Numbered from the stretch's first letter, positions 22,774 through 35,401 are shown. The stretch: 64,000 nucleotides of DNA from an uncultured Chthonomonadaceae bacterium (GCA_963835065.1 CAWIEK010000039.1:32001-96000); one strand, 5' to 3'. The notes: a model not told the origin generated them from the letters alone. Numbers and translations: made by a program.

Positions 22774-22919
22774 AGGCATTAGGCATTAGGCATTAGGCAT
22801 TAGGAGGAGAGCAAAGCGCAGCTTGATTGGGTCGGCTGCACTGTGAAAACAGGGTTGACACGCGCAAGACGCGCTTCATTGCTTCCCTCCTAATGCCTAA
22901 TGCCTAATGCCTAATGCCT
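22774..22919. repeat. Inverted heptamer tandem repeat (AGGCATT)4, perfect 34-bp arms
   Basis: 22774-22807 and 22886-22919. Confidence 0.95.
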
Positions 22920-22941
22920 CTACGCAAAGAGGATACACCCC

Positions 22942-25900
22942 ATGAGGCACCACAGTGCGCTCGTCAAACAGTTTGTGATGGGAGCGGCGGCGACGCTGCT
23001 GCTGGCATTGGGCGCAGGTTCGGCCCGCGCGCAGGTTCCCATAACCTTCGATGACCTCGACTGGACGACAGATCGGGGTAACATCATCTTTTCCACAACG
23101 GGAAATCTGAACGCTTATCCGCTGCGTCCGGGACGCAACGGCGCGAACGGCAACCCTGCCGATCCCCGCTTCAATCCCCTGGACAGCAAGCGCGCGGTTC
23201 GGCGCTGGGTCTGGCCGACAACATCGGACCTTTCCGGCATTACGGGCGGGATTCTGCCGCCCACGACGAGCCTCAGCGTGACGGTGGACAACCCCTACTT
23301 TGACGGCGCGAACGGCTACCTGAATAAAGCCAATAGCAACATCTTTTTAGACAGTACGCAGTCGCCCGACTCGCTGAACCCGTGGACGCCCATAAATGGC
23401 TTCACCGTGCCCGCGCCTGTGGATCGCGCAGACCTGAACGGGTTCTATTTTACGTTTAACCCGCGCGAAACCACCGGAGTTCCCACGGATCCGCCACAGG
23501 CCGCCGCAGGCGATTACGGCTACACCTACGCGCACCACAACGATTTTGTCGTCATACGCGGCAACAATAATGACGGGCCGGCGACGGACTCGGAACTGGC
23601 CGCGCTGCCCAATGCCGCGCCGAACGTGTACTCCGCCGTCCATAAGGTGCTTATCAACACGGCCCAGAGCCAGCCCCTGGCGCAGTGGACACTGGGTTCC
23701 ACGCTCAACGCCAATTTGGGCGGAAACCCGGTTCCTGCCGGCACGTACAACATCAATCTGTACTCGCCGGGCGGCGGCACTTTCATCACCCATCCCGGCA
23801 ATGTCCGCCTGCAGCACCCGAATGTGCTGCGCGCGTTCGCGCGCGTTTCGTGGGGCAAAAACACGGTTACCGGCGGCGCGATCAATTTCGGGACCGGCGT
23901 GGCGGGAGCGGGCGGCGTCAATGATCCCACGACCAGCCGCATTTTTCTGATAGACCTGTCCGCGCCCGGCTATATTCCCATCGGGGCGGCAGGGCAGGCG
24001 GCTGCCGTGTTCCCTTACGACGGCAACGCCAACGATCAAATCGTGGTCACGCTGTACAGCGTCACGCCCGACGATCCCAACGACCCGACCAAATACGGCC
24101 CGCCCGACCCGGTCAGCGGCATTCAGCGCACCGCGCTTGTCACCGCCGACGCCTGCCAGTTCACGCAGGAAAACCTGGACGCGGAGTGGCGGGCCGGGAC
24201 TTGGTCCGCTTCCCGATGCCAACGCCAGTTTTATCGGCTCGTCGGGCGTGATTTCCAGCCCGGTTGTCGGCTCTAATAAGTTCGCGCCCAGGGGCGTGGC
24301 GGGCGCGACGCAATGGTATGTGGCGCGTCAGGAACTGACGCGCGATGTGACGCCGCGCACTTATGTAGACCCGACCAACGGCAACAGCCTGCCGATTCCT
24401 GATCCCACGCTTGTGGCGAACGTGCCTGTCTTCTACTGCCTGAGCAACGAAGACCAATTGGGCATTTTGGGCAACCAGAGTTCGGCGCAGCCCTCCAAAG
24501 CGCGCGTGTTGTGGCGTTTTGTCGGCTATCCCGACGCGGGCAGTGAAACCGTGTTCGCTTCCCCGGTTCTCGCCAATGTGCGCGGACGCGACGGCAAGTA
24601 CCATACCATCGTGTACTTCTGCGGAACCAACGACGGGGGCCAGGCGGGAATCACGGGACGCATTTACGCGCTGGACGCCAAAGGCGACCCCACAACCGCG
24701 ACCACGATTCCCTATTGGACCTATCCTTCCGTGCGCCCGCTGTCGGCAGGGGAAGTCGCTGCCGGCCTGTACCCCGCGCAGTACGAAGACCCCAACTACA
24801 ACGGCTCGCCCGTCCTCACTTCGACGGTGTACCCGACCAACACCATGCCCTATGGCGGAGCGGGCCACTGGTGGGAGAAAGACCAGCCTCTGTTCGCGTC
24901 CGGGGCGCAGGAGTATTACGACGGCGACATTCGCCCGGACACCACCAACGCCGGCCATTTGATTGTGCGTACCGATACGCTTATCGGCAACACCGGAGCG
25001 GGCATGGGCGGCATTCAGGGCGCTCCCATCGTCATAGATGACCCGGTAAATCCGGGTGGCCCGATGCTCCTTGTCGTGCCGAGCGTGGATGGCCGTTTGT
25101 ATACCTTCGATGCGGGCGGAAGGGGAGACTACACGCTGGCCGATGGAACAACCATCGTGCCGGGAACCACGCAGCGAATCTGGACATGGCCCCACTTCAG
25201 CGCGGACGCTTATCACCATTTCTTTGCCGGAACCCTTACCGGCAATCCCGAAAACCAGTTCAAAAGCGAGTCCGGCAAGGGCAACATGCCGTACTCGCCG
25301 GCATACGATCCCACGTTCCCGGTCGCTTCGGGACCCGGCGTTGTGAACGACCCGATTATCGTCACGGCGGGGGATGGGCACGTTTACGGCATCAAGCCGC
25401 TGCACGACGCGCTGACCACCGTTGCCAGCAACGGCATCCCATTGTGGAACGAGCGGCGCTTCTGGGTGTATCCGCACCAGGGCACGGGCCTGAATGATCC
25501 GTCCGCGGACGCCCTGTTCGACACGCCCGGCGTGCCGACCATCTATCGAACCGGACCAACCTCGGCAACCGCGTCCATCAACTTTACCAGCAGCGGGCGC
25601 ATTTACAGCCTGAACTTCCCGCAGACGCAACCGGCCTCCGGCTACAGTACGCCCAGTTTGCGTTGGGTATTCCCCAACACGCCCAATCCGCCCAACCAGG
25701 ACCCCACCGATCCGTCCACGTTTGAATACCCGCAGGGTTTCAGCGCGCACGGCCTGATCGTCGTGCCGCAAAGCATTACGAACGGAAGCGGCCAATCCTT
25801 GCCGAACGACATGGTGTATGCGCTGCTGAACGATGGCAACGTGGTGGGCGTGAATTACCCTAATGGCACGTTTTATGCGGCGGGAACGTCGCTGCTGAAC

Positions 25901-28900
25901 GCGGATTCCATCGACAGCGCGCCGATTGTCGCGGAAATAGCCCCGGACCCGGCCTTTTACTCGCCGGTGCGCAATCTGACGTCTGTGGCGCAGTCCGTGC
26001 CCGCCCTTGTTTTCGGCGACAGCGCGGGAGGACTGTACGGCTTCAAACTGGTTTCCGAATCCAACCAGGATTCGACCAATCCTGTCAATATCCTGCCGAT
26101 CATTTATGCCCGCCTGGATACAAGCGGGCAACTGGCCGCGCCGCCCGCCCTTGCGGCCTCGAACTTTACCAGCAAAATCGGCGGCTATTATGTGGTGGGC
26201 GACACCAACGGGCAATTGCGCGCGTACAGCTTCGGCTTCGGGCAGTACGGCGACATTGAAACCGTGCCCAATACGGAAGGAACCGGCAACAGCTTTATAG
26301 CAGGAGACGTGTCCATTGACGTGCGTATCATAGACGCCTATGCGAAGGCCGATTACGACCAGATGGCCCAGGCCGGAACTGCTTACGGCACGGGCAAAAC
26401 ATCGGCGCGTATGCAAACAGGCGGCGTGTATAGCCGGTCGAACGGCCACGCCCCTGCCCAACAACCTCAACGCGAACGGCACATCCTACTTCGCGCAGGA
26501 TCAGGGCAACGTACTCTACCTGGTCGCGTCGGGCGTCTATCACGCGCAGCCGGTTGTGGACAGCGTTCCCAATGGCGCCGCGAAAATCGCCACCGCGCCG
26601 CCCACAATCAAGGTCACGTTTACCCTTCCGCAGGAAGGTGGCCCGTCCGTAACGAAAGTGGTTACGATACAGCCCACTTCCGATACGGACACCAAGAGTG
26701 GCGCTCCGTGGCCGCATAAATTCGCGTGGCCGGATGACCGCGCCATTTCCCCCGGCGAACACGATCAGTTGAGCATCTACGGCAACGATTACAGCGACCC
26801 GATGAATCCACCCGACCCGGCTGCCAATCCGCCGACGGGCGCGAAAAAATTGACCGGGCGCGCGCAGAATGTCTTTCCCTGGATCGCCACAACGTCCATT
26901 TCCCTGACGCCCTCCATCGTCAACGGCATGGCTACGTTCACGCCCAACACCGTCGGCTCCCAGGTGTCTGTCAGCGCGATGATTATGCAGACACTGTCCG
27001 GGCAACAAGCCCCGGCGCAGGAAACCGCATATCTGAACATGGGCCAGCGCTCGGATCAGGGCAGTTCCAACAGCGCGTATCCGCCCGACCGCAACAACCT
27101 GAGCAATGGCAACTACCAGAGCAAAGAGCGCGCGCTGTACATCACCAACCCGCTGTCAGTCACGGTGCGCGGCTACAATACCAGCGGCAACAACATCACC
27201 GACCAGACGGGCACAAACTCGTACAACATCATCGGCTGGTTCCCCGGCGTGGATAATCCGAACTTCAATGGCGCGCTCAGCGGGCTGGAACTGACCGGCA
27301 ATGGGGCGTATGTCGGCATCGGCGGCGCCACGCCGGGGTCGCCGGGAACGGGCGTTATCAAGTCCATTTATGCGCCGTTCGATATGGCGCAGGACAACAG
27401 TTCGACGACCTATCGGGGCATTGACAACACGGGAACGCGCCGGGATGCCTTCTTCATCATGGATCGCAGCAGCCTGGGATACAAAGGCAAACTGGTCCAA
27501 ATCCGGGCGCATGTGTCAACTCTGAGCTGGACGGGAACGAACACGTCCATGATGAACCCCCTGCCGTTCGACATATTCCCGATCAATCAGTACGGTGTGC
27601 AAAGTTTGGACTATCCGAACCTGGACGCGCGCTACGCCACAATGACCGTCAACAACTCGGACGCGCTTCACGGCACGGCCACGCTGCTGCCGGCTACCGA
27701 CGACCCGGCGCATCCGGGCGATGAAAGGTATCGCATCCCGCATCCGACGCCCGTTAGCATGTCGCTGCAAATCCCGAAATACTTTCCGGCGAACGTGAAC
27801 CGGGGCGTGGTTCGCAGCAATTTCCGGGGCCAGAATCTTGATACGGGCGGCACGTTTACCGATCAAGCCGGGTACATACGCGGCGCGCGGCAAGGCTCGT
27901 CCGGGCCTGCGTACCAGGATACAAGGCAGATCGTCGGCCCGCTGAACAACGTTACCGGCCAGGCGGACGCTTATACCAACGCCAACGGGTTGGTAGGCAG
28001 TTCTCCCGCCGCCGGCTATACCGGCTCCATCGAAGTGGAAATGGTTCCGCCGGGAAGCACGAGTCAGCCGCTCTCAGCCGGCCAGCGCCGCCTGACCTTC
28101 AACCAGGGGGCAGGACTGACAAACAGGCGCACGGGCGCTGCGAACGGGCAGACGTACCGCAAGTTCGAGGCCGGCATCGCCGTTGCCCCGACGTTCCGCA
28201 TGAAGGTGCTGGAAAACGTGGTGGACCTGGGCAACCAGCCGCATGGCACGGGCTACAGCGATCTGATCGCGAATAACGCCGGGTATCCGGGAGCCGCGCA
28301 GTACCGCTATCCGTTTGCCCCGTCCGCGACAGGTTCTTATGCCACGTCGCTGTCGCCCTGGGACATCAATGAAGCGTTGACGGGATTGGCGCTTGGCGCG
28401 GGCATACCCGCCGAGGGGCAGTTCTTCCATCCGATCACGCTTGTCAGTGACAGCAACATCAACCTGATCAACCTGCGCGTCGCCAAACTGCTGGGTATTC
28501 CCAGCACGGACAGCAACGCGGTTCCGAACCTGGGCGGCATTATCAACAACGCTTCGCTGTCGCAAAATCCGCCGTTCGGCGTTGCCCGCGCCGCGCGCCT
28601 GTTCAGCGACCAGGTCAACAGCCTGCTGTCGCCGCCCATGATCGCCGCTCCCTTCGGCATGATCGTGGGAGGTGGAACCGCCCCGAACTACCTGGGCAAT
28701 ATCGGCATCGTGTCGTCCTTCGACCACGACAGCTACGCGCAGAGCATTTTGGGCGAAAACAACCTGTATCCCATCGCCAATCCCGCTGTGGACGCGCAGA
28801 CCGCGGCGCAGTCGCAGGACTTGTTCACGCTGTACGGTCCCGCGCTGTTCGGGCCGGCGTGGGCGCAGAACACGCAGTCGCGTCCCACGCTGCACAAGCC

Positions 28901-31832
28901 GCGCCCCAACGACAGCACGGGAACCATCGCCAGCATCCCGGATAAGCCGTATGACTTCGACTACCAGGCGAACACGCTGAATCAGCCTGCAAATCCAAAC
29001 GGCCCGTCGTACATTCAGCAGCAGCAGCTAATCGGGTTGTTTGGCCGTCCGTCTGTGGGAATGGCAATACCCATCGGTACGCCGGTGGGAACCTACAGCG
29101 CGCCCATCTTCCCGTATGAGGATGGCCTGCCGATACAATGGGTGGAATGGCTGAACAGTTCCACGTTAAGCTCGGTCGCCAAACCCGCCAACATCCTGGG
29201 CAACAACGACGACATTCTGAACACCACGCAGGCCGGCGCGCTGGCGGAACCCTACGCCAATCCCTCGCCAATCGTGAAAGTGTCGGTTCGGGAGTCCCGC
29301 CTGACCGAAGGCGCGACAAACGGCTCCATGCCGCAGATTGACGTGCGCAATAACAACGGCGGCTACGATCCCATCGGCTTCAACATGCAGCCCTCCGCGA
29401 TCATGGTTCCGCAGGCCGGAACCGCCACGAATGTCTATAACAAGATATTCCTGTACTGGGCGACCAACCGGCAATTCAACCCGGCGGGCAACAACGGCAA
29501 GTACAACGTGTCCGGGCTGCCCACGCCGTTCGCGCCGTACAATCTCGCGTACTCCTCGCTCATCACGCCGTATGCCTACCTGAACGGCTACTATCGGGGC
29601 GACGCGGACTTCGGCTACTACAAGGGCAACAACGCGCTGTTCCCGGACAACGTGCGAATGCCGCAATGGTGGAGCGCGGGCTATCCCAAGAACTCGCCGT
29701 TCGCGCTGTTGCCGGGCTTCGATATGAACGGCGACCCGCTGGATTACACCAAGCTGTTTCCGCAGCAGACGGGTTCCAGCAATGTCGTCAGCCCGCCGTC
29801 TGTCCGGTACGGCAGCCCCGCCACCACGCTGGCTACGCTGTACAACGAGGCCACCGGCAACTTCGAGATTGACCCGGAAGCCTACCTGACCGCGCAGGGC
29901 ATTGCGGACAAGACTTCGGGCACGGATGCGTCGGGCCGCGCGCTTCCGCAGCAGACGGAAACCCGCACGTTTGTCGCGTCGCTGGCGAATCGCTCGGGCA
30001 ATTCGGAACCGGGAGCGCCGGACTATACCAATAGCACAACCGATACGTGGTTCAAATCGTTTATCAACGATCCCACGCTGCCCAAACTCAGCCCGCGCCC
30101 GCTGCTGGTCAAACTGCGCAGCGCGCCTGTCAACGGCAGTACGCAGGACCTCAAGTTCCTGTACGTGTTCTGGTTTACCGGCGCGCAGAACCGCACAAGC
30201 CTGTACTACAACGTGAACGTGCAGGCGGGTGGCCTGAATCAGAAGTTCGATGACAAGGGCTTCCAGGTTCTGGGCGACCAGAAACTGTCCACGCCCGGCG
30301 CGCTGACATGGCAGAGTGATCCGTACCCGGTCTTCCGCCGCGCTTACGACCCGACATTAGGCCAGGTTGTGGATGCGGTAGACGTGATGTTTACGGGACA
30401 ATTGAAGAACCGGCAAGTGTCGGAAGTGATGCTGGCCCGCTACCGCATCGTGGAGCAGGCGGTTCCGGCTGGCACGAGTACGCCCGCGCTTGCGGTCGGC
30501 CAACTGGTTGCGATGCCGTTCCCGACGGTGCATCAGGAAACCCTGACGCCCGTGCCCGGAACCAACACGTATGCGGCGCGGGACGCGGCCTGGTTCCTGC
30601 CCAACGATCAGCAGACGGCGGATACGGCAGCTAACCGCTACATGCGTATCTACCTTTCGCAGAAGGGAACCAGCCAACTCTACCTGATTAACAGCCAGGC
30701 GTATATCAACGGCGGAACCAATGTCGCCAATGGAACGCAGCGCGGGCGCATTGACCCGGCTTCCGGCCTGGTCTACTTCAACGCGGTCGCTGTGGATACG
30801 GGCACAAACAAAATCGCCATGAACGGCACTCGCCCGGTCTATGGCGGCGGGCAGATCGTGGTGGATGCGCGGTCTGGTACGGTTTCGTTCCCGAACATCC
30901 CGCCCGGCAAAACGGATCGGCTGTATGCGTCTTACACGCCTTATCTGCTGCGGGTCAACACGTCCCGCGACGAAAGCAATGTGGAGCGCGACAGCACAGA
31001 TATTTCGGGCAATCCCAATCCGTATGGCGGTTTCAACCTGGCCGCCTTCCCGGCGCACCCGGCAGTGTCATCCAGCGGGCAGAACTACTCGCCGACGTTC
31101 ATCATGGATCGCGCCGCCAACTTCCGGGGTACGCTCCAGTCGCCGCAGGTGCTGTTCGGCGTCAACAATCAGCCCGCGACCTCGTTCAACAACCAGGGCG
31201 CGCTTGTTGGAGGCTCACTGCCGCCCGTAGCTCGCATGTGGGCGTTCTACCGCAAGACCGACGCGGCGGGAAGCATCAAGGGAACCGTGTTCTTGAAATC
31301 GCTGCGGCTGACGGCGCGTTTGCCCCTGCCCGTCGCAACGATTGCCACTGTAGGTACGGCAACTGCGCCGATTGCCTCGCAACGCATCCAGTCCATAACC
31401 GTTACCGGCGTAGATAGGCCATTGACGCGGGGGTATGAGGTGGATTGGGTACGCGGGCGCGTGTACTTCCAGGAGGAGGATGAGGGCAATCTCGTCAAGA
31501 TCAACTATCAGTACTACAATCCGAGAAATGGGCAGTCCGCCAATTCCGGCGACCTGTACTACCGGGTAGCGTGGAGCGACGAGATCAGCGCGGCGGGCGT
31601 CACCAATGGCGATCAAACAACGCCGGAAGTGGCAATGCCGACCTCCTCGGTTGTCAACGAAGGCCAGATTGCCGCGTTCAAAGACCCGTACATTGACAAA
31701 GTGTGGCTGTTCTGGAGCAGCACCCGCGCGGGAACCACCATCGGCGCCAACAACAATCCGCTCGGCGAAACCGACCTGTACTACGAAACGCTCGCGCCGC
31801 AGTTCTACCCGTCGGCGAGTAATCAGTATTAG
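22942..31832 (+). CDS. Giant secreted protein (~2960 aa; two +1 shifts near 24180 and 26440) with PQQ-like beta-propeller; PilY1-position adhesin candidate
   Basis: Signal peptide ...LGAGSARA|Q after GAGGA RBS; repeated SSPVV/ASPVL, GRIYALDA, DGRLYTFD, DGHVYGI and W.YP blades. Confidence 0.7.
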
Positions 31833-31834
31833 GA

Positions 31835-31958
31835 AGTAGTCAGTAGCCAGTAGACAGTAGTCAGTAGAAATGCCTCACTACTCGAAGCTGTGCAGAACAA
31901 GAACAGCTTGCAAGAAACGGGCATTTCTACTGACTACTGACTACTGGCTACTGACTAC
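31835..31958. repeat. Inverted heptamer repeat (CAGTAGN)n / (NCTACTG)n between convergent genes
   Basis: AGTAGTCAGTAGCCAGTAGACAGTAGTCAGTAGAAATGCC / GGCATTTCTACTGACTACTGACTACTGGCTACTGACTACT. Confidence 0.92.
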
Positions 31959-32982
31959 TCCTCCTCACCCACGCCTCTGCATCGTACTGCAACTGCTGTA
32001 AGGTGGCGCGGGCATCGGGGTACTCGCGCTCGAAGTGGAGGCGGTGGGCGGCGAGGATTTTCAGGTCGCGGGTTCCGGCGCGGCAAAGATAGATCAGTTC
32101 GCGGCGTTCAATTTCGGTAAGAACGGCGTTGGTGGGGGCGCGGAGGGCGTTTTCCACTTCGGGCGGCAGGTCGTAGGAGGCACACGCCAGTTGGTACAGA
32201 ACTTCAAGGGCGGAAGCGATGTCGTTGGGGTGGGCGGCGTGTTCAATTTGTTCGGCAATGCTGCGCAGGCGCGTTGCAAGGGCGGAGCGCTCTTTGTCGG
32301 CCAGCAAGCGCCAGAATTCTCCGGCAAGCGCGCGGCGATTCGCGTCTTCCATATCTACACCGAGAATACGGTCGGGAAACGCGCAGGCAAACAGCGCCCA
32401 CGAACGGATAGCCTGCTGTTGGTTCAAACCCCGCGCGCGCCGGAACGAACCGCGCTGTAGGGCAAGAGAATGGGTGTACGAGGCAAGCGCATCGGAAAAG
32501 GGAAGCGACTGTAACGTTCCATTCTGAGATTGCAGCGTCAGAAGCTGTTCGGACATTTCTATAGCGACAACAAGCGCCTGCGCGGTCACTTCGGTGTCCC
32601 CGTCAGGCGCTTTGATGTTGTCTGTAAAATCCTGCGCGAGTTTGGATTTGCCTGTAACCGGACGTAATTTCTCCACTTCAACATCGGGCGCGGGAACAGC
32701 AAAGGCAAACAGGGGTATGGGCGCGTGACGGCGCAGTCGCTCATGCAGCCATTGCAGAGAAGCAGAAGCGTCCTCAGAAAACGGATACAATTCCGCCTGA
32801 ACGCCACACGCGGCAAGGCCGGGAAGCAGCCAGCAAGTCAGGTCGGAATGGAGCAGGGGGCTGAAGCCGGAGTGCAGCGCACTCCCTGTCATGCCATGCA
32901 GAAAAGCGCCGGACAAGTGGGCGGGAAACAATCGCTCCCCCGCCTGCCATACGGACCAAAAATCATCGGGCATGTGTTCCAC
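31948..32982 (-). CDS. Hypothetical protein, possible C-terminal HEAT-like repeat
   Basis: 344-aa ORF filling the gap; C-terminal ARATLQQLQYDAEAWVR. Confidence 0.6.
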   Translation of the reverse strand: MEHMPDDFWSVWQAGERLFPAHLSGAFLHGMTGSALHSGFSPLLHSDLTCWLLPGLAACGVQAELYPFSEDASASLQWLHERLRRHAPIPLFAFAVPAPDVEVEKLRPVTGKSKLAQDFTDNIKAPDGDTEVTAQALVVAIEMSEQLLTLQSQNGTLQSLPFSDALASYTHSLALQRGSFRRARGLNQQQAIRSWALFACAFPDRILGVDMEDANRRALAGEFWRLLADKERSALATRLRSIAEQIEHAAHPNDIASALEVLYQLACASYDLPPEVENALRAPTNAVLTEIERRELIYLCRAGTRDLKILAAHRLHFEREYPDARATLQQLQYDAEAWVRRSSQ

Positions 32983-32985
32983 TGT

Positions 32986-33120
32986 ACCTCACCCCGGGCG
33001 TCCATTTATGGACACCCTCTCCTGGGCGCTCGTTCCTCGCTAGGAGAGGGGCTTTTTAGCTTTTCTGAGCAGGATTTTCTTGAACAGAAATAGTTCAGTC
33101 CGCGCAGGCGGACTTTGTTA
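32986..33120. repeat. REP-like palindromes (CCTCACCCC..CCCTCTCC..GGAGAGGGG; AGTCCGC-GCAG-GCGGACT)
   Basis: Nested hairpins in a divergent intergenic gap. Confidence 0.6.
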
Positions 33121-33364
33121 TCGCAGTCGAGGCAAAAAATTAAAATGGGTTTTTCCCGGAGAAGGTTACTGGCAACGAAACGGGGCTAAAAGGCGTAAAT
33201 GGTATGGATATGGAAGCGTTGCGAGCATTATTTTGGCCCGCCCTCACTTCCCAACTTTGCGCGTTCGCGCCTGTCAACGATCCGACAGCCGAATCTATGC
33301 TCTTGGAACTGAGAAATCTTTTGAACGTGAGAAGACGCTCGGAACTGAGAAGGAGCCTGCCACC

Positions 33365-33982
33365 ATGCCGGAATTTACCCTGCCGCCCCTGCCTTACGAT
33401 TATGCCGCTCTGGAGCCGTACATTGACGCCCAGACCATGCAAATTCATCACGACAAGCACCACCAAACGTATGTCACGAACCTGAACGCCGCCCTCAAAG
33501 ATACGCCGGAATTTTTGGAACAGTCGCCGGAACAAATCATTTCCAACCTGAACGCGATCCCCGAAAGCGCGCGAACGGCGGTACGCAACAACGGCGGCGG
33601 GCACGTCAATCATACCCTGTTCTGGGAAATAATGACACCGGGCGGCAGTACGGCTCCGACCGGCGCATTGGCGGCTGCGATCACAAGCGCGTTCGGCGAC
33701 GTGGAAGCCCTCAAAAAGCAAGTCAACGAAGCGGCGACAAAACGCTTCGGCAGCGGCTGGTCCTGGCTTGTCGCGGACAGCAGCGGCCAGCTGTCCGTCA
33801 TCAGCACGCCCAACCAGGATAACCCCCTGATGGATGGCAAAACGCCCATCTTGGGCGTAGACGTATGGGAACACGCCTACTACCTGAAATACCAGAACAA
33901 GCGCCCGGACTATCTCGCCGCCTGGTGGAACACCGTCAATTGGGACGAGGTTGGCAAGCGGTATGAGCAGGCGAAGAAGTAG
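33365..33982 (+). CDS. sodA: Superoxide dismutase [Mn]
   Basis: [46 protein letters not shown]. Confidence 0.96.
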   Translation: MPEFTLPPLPYDYAALEPYIDAQTMQIHHDKHHQTYVTNLNAALKDTPEFLEQSPEQIISNLNAIPESARTAVRNNGGGHVNHTLFWEIMTPGGSTAPTGALAAAITSAFGDVEALKKQVNEAATKRFGSGWSWLVADSSGQLSVISTPNQDNPLMDGKTPILGVDVWEHAYYLKYQNKRPDYLAAWWNTVNWDEVGKRYEQAKK

Positions 33983-34096
33983 ATATTAGGCATTAGGCAT
34001 TAGATATTAGTGAACACTGCATGGCCTAGCCAAAATGAGGATCATGACTGCTTCACCGCTTCTTCTCTAATGCCTAATGCCTAATGCCTAATGCCT
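33981..34096. repeat. Inverted heptamer repeat (TAGGCAT)n / (ATGCCTA)n
   Basis: Left arm starts at the sodA stop; right arm ends 5 bp before the fdhD ATG. Confidence 0.9.
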
Positions 34097-34101
34097 ACAC
34101 T

Positions 34102-34914
34102 ATGCACTCTGAACACACAATTACACGCTGGCAGGGCGAGGCGAACCGCGCCGCGCAGGATTGCGTCGCCCTGGAAGCCCCTTTACAGATCGTCGTCAAC
34201 GGCAGGAGCCTGGCCGTGACAATGCGGACGCCGGGCGATGATTTTGCGCTGGCTGCCGGATTTTTGTATGCGGAAAGCGTGATTGCAAACGGGCGCGATA
34301 TTGCCGCAATGGAGTATCGGGGCCAGCCCGAAGATAGCGATTGGGGTAATGTGGTGCATGTCACGCTGCGCCCCGACATGCAGGCAGTGGGTAACAAGGC
34401 GCGATTGCAGCGCAACTTTGTCGCGTCCTCCGCGTGTGGCTTATGCGGCAAAGCCACTCTGAAAGCCATCAAGTGTCTGGCTCCGCCAGTACCGAACGAT
34501 GAAGTTGCAGTGTCTTCAGCGGTGATTTGCCAATTGAGCGAGCAATTGCGACACGCGCAGCAAACCTTTGAGCGTACGGGCGGACTTCACGCGGCAGGCT
34601 TGTTCGATCTGAACGGCAATCTGCTTTCCGTGTGTGAAGATGTCGGGCGGCACAATGCGGTGGATAAACTCATCGGCGCGGAAGTGAGCGCGGGGCGTAT
34701 ACCCTTGAACCAGAACATCTTATTGGTGAGCGGGCGTACCAGTTTCGAGATACTGCAGAAGGCGGCAATAGCACGGTTTCCGATTGTCTGCGCGGTTTCG
34801 GCTCCGTCTTCGCTGGCGGTACAATTGGCCGAGGATTTGAACATCACGCTGATTGGCTTTCTGCGCGGCGACACGTTCAACGTTTATGCGGCAGGCAGCC
34901 GAATACGCGCCTAA
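34102..34914 (+). CDS. fdhD: Formate dehydrogenase accessory sulfurtransferase FdhD
   Basis: MRTPG, SSACGLCGK, TGGLHAA, EDVGRHNAVDK, SAPSSLA, GFLR. Confidence 0.95.
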   Translation: MHSEHTITRWQGEANRAAQDCVALEAPLQIVVNGRSLAVTMRTPGDDFALAAGFLYAESVIANGRDIAAMEYRGQPEDSDWGNVVHVTLRPDMQAVGNKARLQRNFVASSACGLCGKATLKAIKCLAPPVPNDEVAVSSAVICQLSEQLRHAQQTFERTGGLHAAGLFDLNGNLLSVCEDVGRHNAVDKLIGAEVSAGRIPLNQNILLVSGRTSFEILQKAAIARFPIVCAVSAPSSLAVQLAEDLNITLIGFLRGDTFNVYAAGSRIRA

Positions 34915-34991
34915 CAGACCCATCGCGCCGAACCCGGATTTTTATAATCCGGTTGAACGCGGCAGATTTAGCAGACAGCAAACAACACGCG

Positions 34992-35378
34992 ATGAAAATA
35001 CGATGGACACAAGATAGTGTGCGGCTGCGCATTACGCCTTCGGAATTGGAAGCGTTGCAGCGCAGCGAGATTGTCAAGGAACGCTTGAGCTTTACGGGAG
35101 CCGTCAATGGTTGGGGCGCGGCTATCCTGCCCGGCGTGGCGTCAACCAGTGTGCAGCTTGTCGGCGGCGACCTCCTTGTAAGATTGTCCGGCGAGGATTG
35201 CTGGCGTTTGAGCGAATCGGATTGCGAGGGCGTGTACTTCCAATCGGAGGAGGGCGGAACGGTCCGCTACTACATCGAAAAGGATTTCCCGTGCGTTCAT
35301 CCCCGCGCCAGCGAAGCGCAGGAACCGCTAACAGAAACCTTCCCCGCCCCAGTAGATTTTGAGGCAAGGAAGCAATAA
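34992..35378 (+). CDS. Conserved-looking hypothetical protein (128 aa)
   Basis: MKIRW..SVRLRIT..E, C-terminal IEKDFPC. Confidence 0.75.
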   Translation: MKIRWTQDSVRLRITPSELEALQRSEIVKERLSFTGAVNGWGAAILPGVASTSVQLVGGDLLVRLSGEDCWRLSESDCEGVYFQSEEGGTVRYYIEKDFPCVHPRASEAQEPLTETFPAPVDFEARKQ

Positions 35379-35401
35379 GGCGTCAGTAGTCGGCCTGAAG
35401 G

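Noticed and set aside
2544..28895. Long minus-strand ORFs (e.g. 2544-3824, 4339-5667, 12741-14054, 24161-26482)
   Set aside because: Antisense shadows of high-GC plus-strand genes with no recognisable motifs.
33080..33364. N-terminal extensions of SodA (also 5785 pilD, 41163 MerR, 50146 DUF1501, 60077 pilin starts)
   Set aside because: Upstream in-frame run-ons through intergenic or repeat DNA; downstream starts match family N-termini and mostly have RBSs.
5741..34096. CRISPR arrays
   Set aside because: Repeats are 7-10-bp tandem units in inverted pairs, not 23-47-bp direct repeats with unique spacers; no cas genes.
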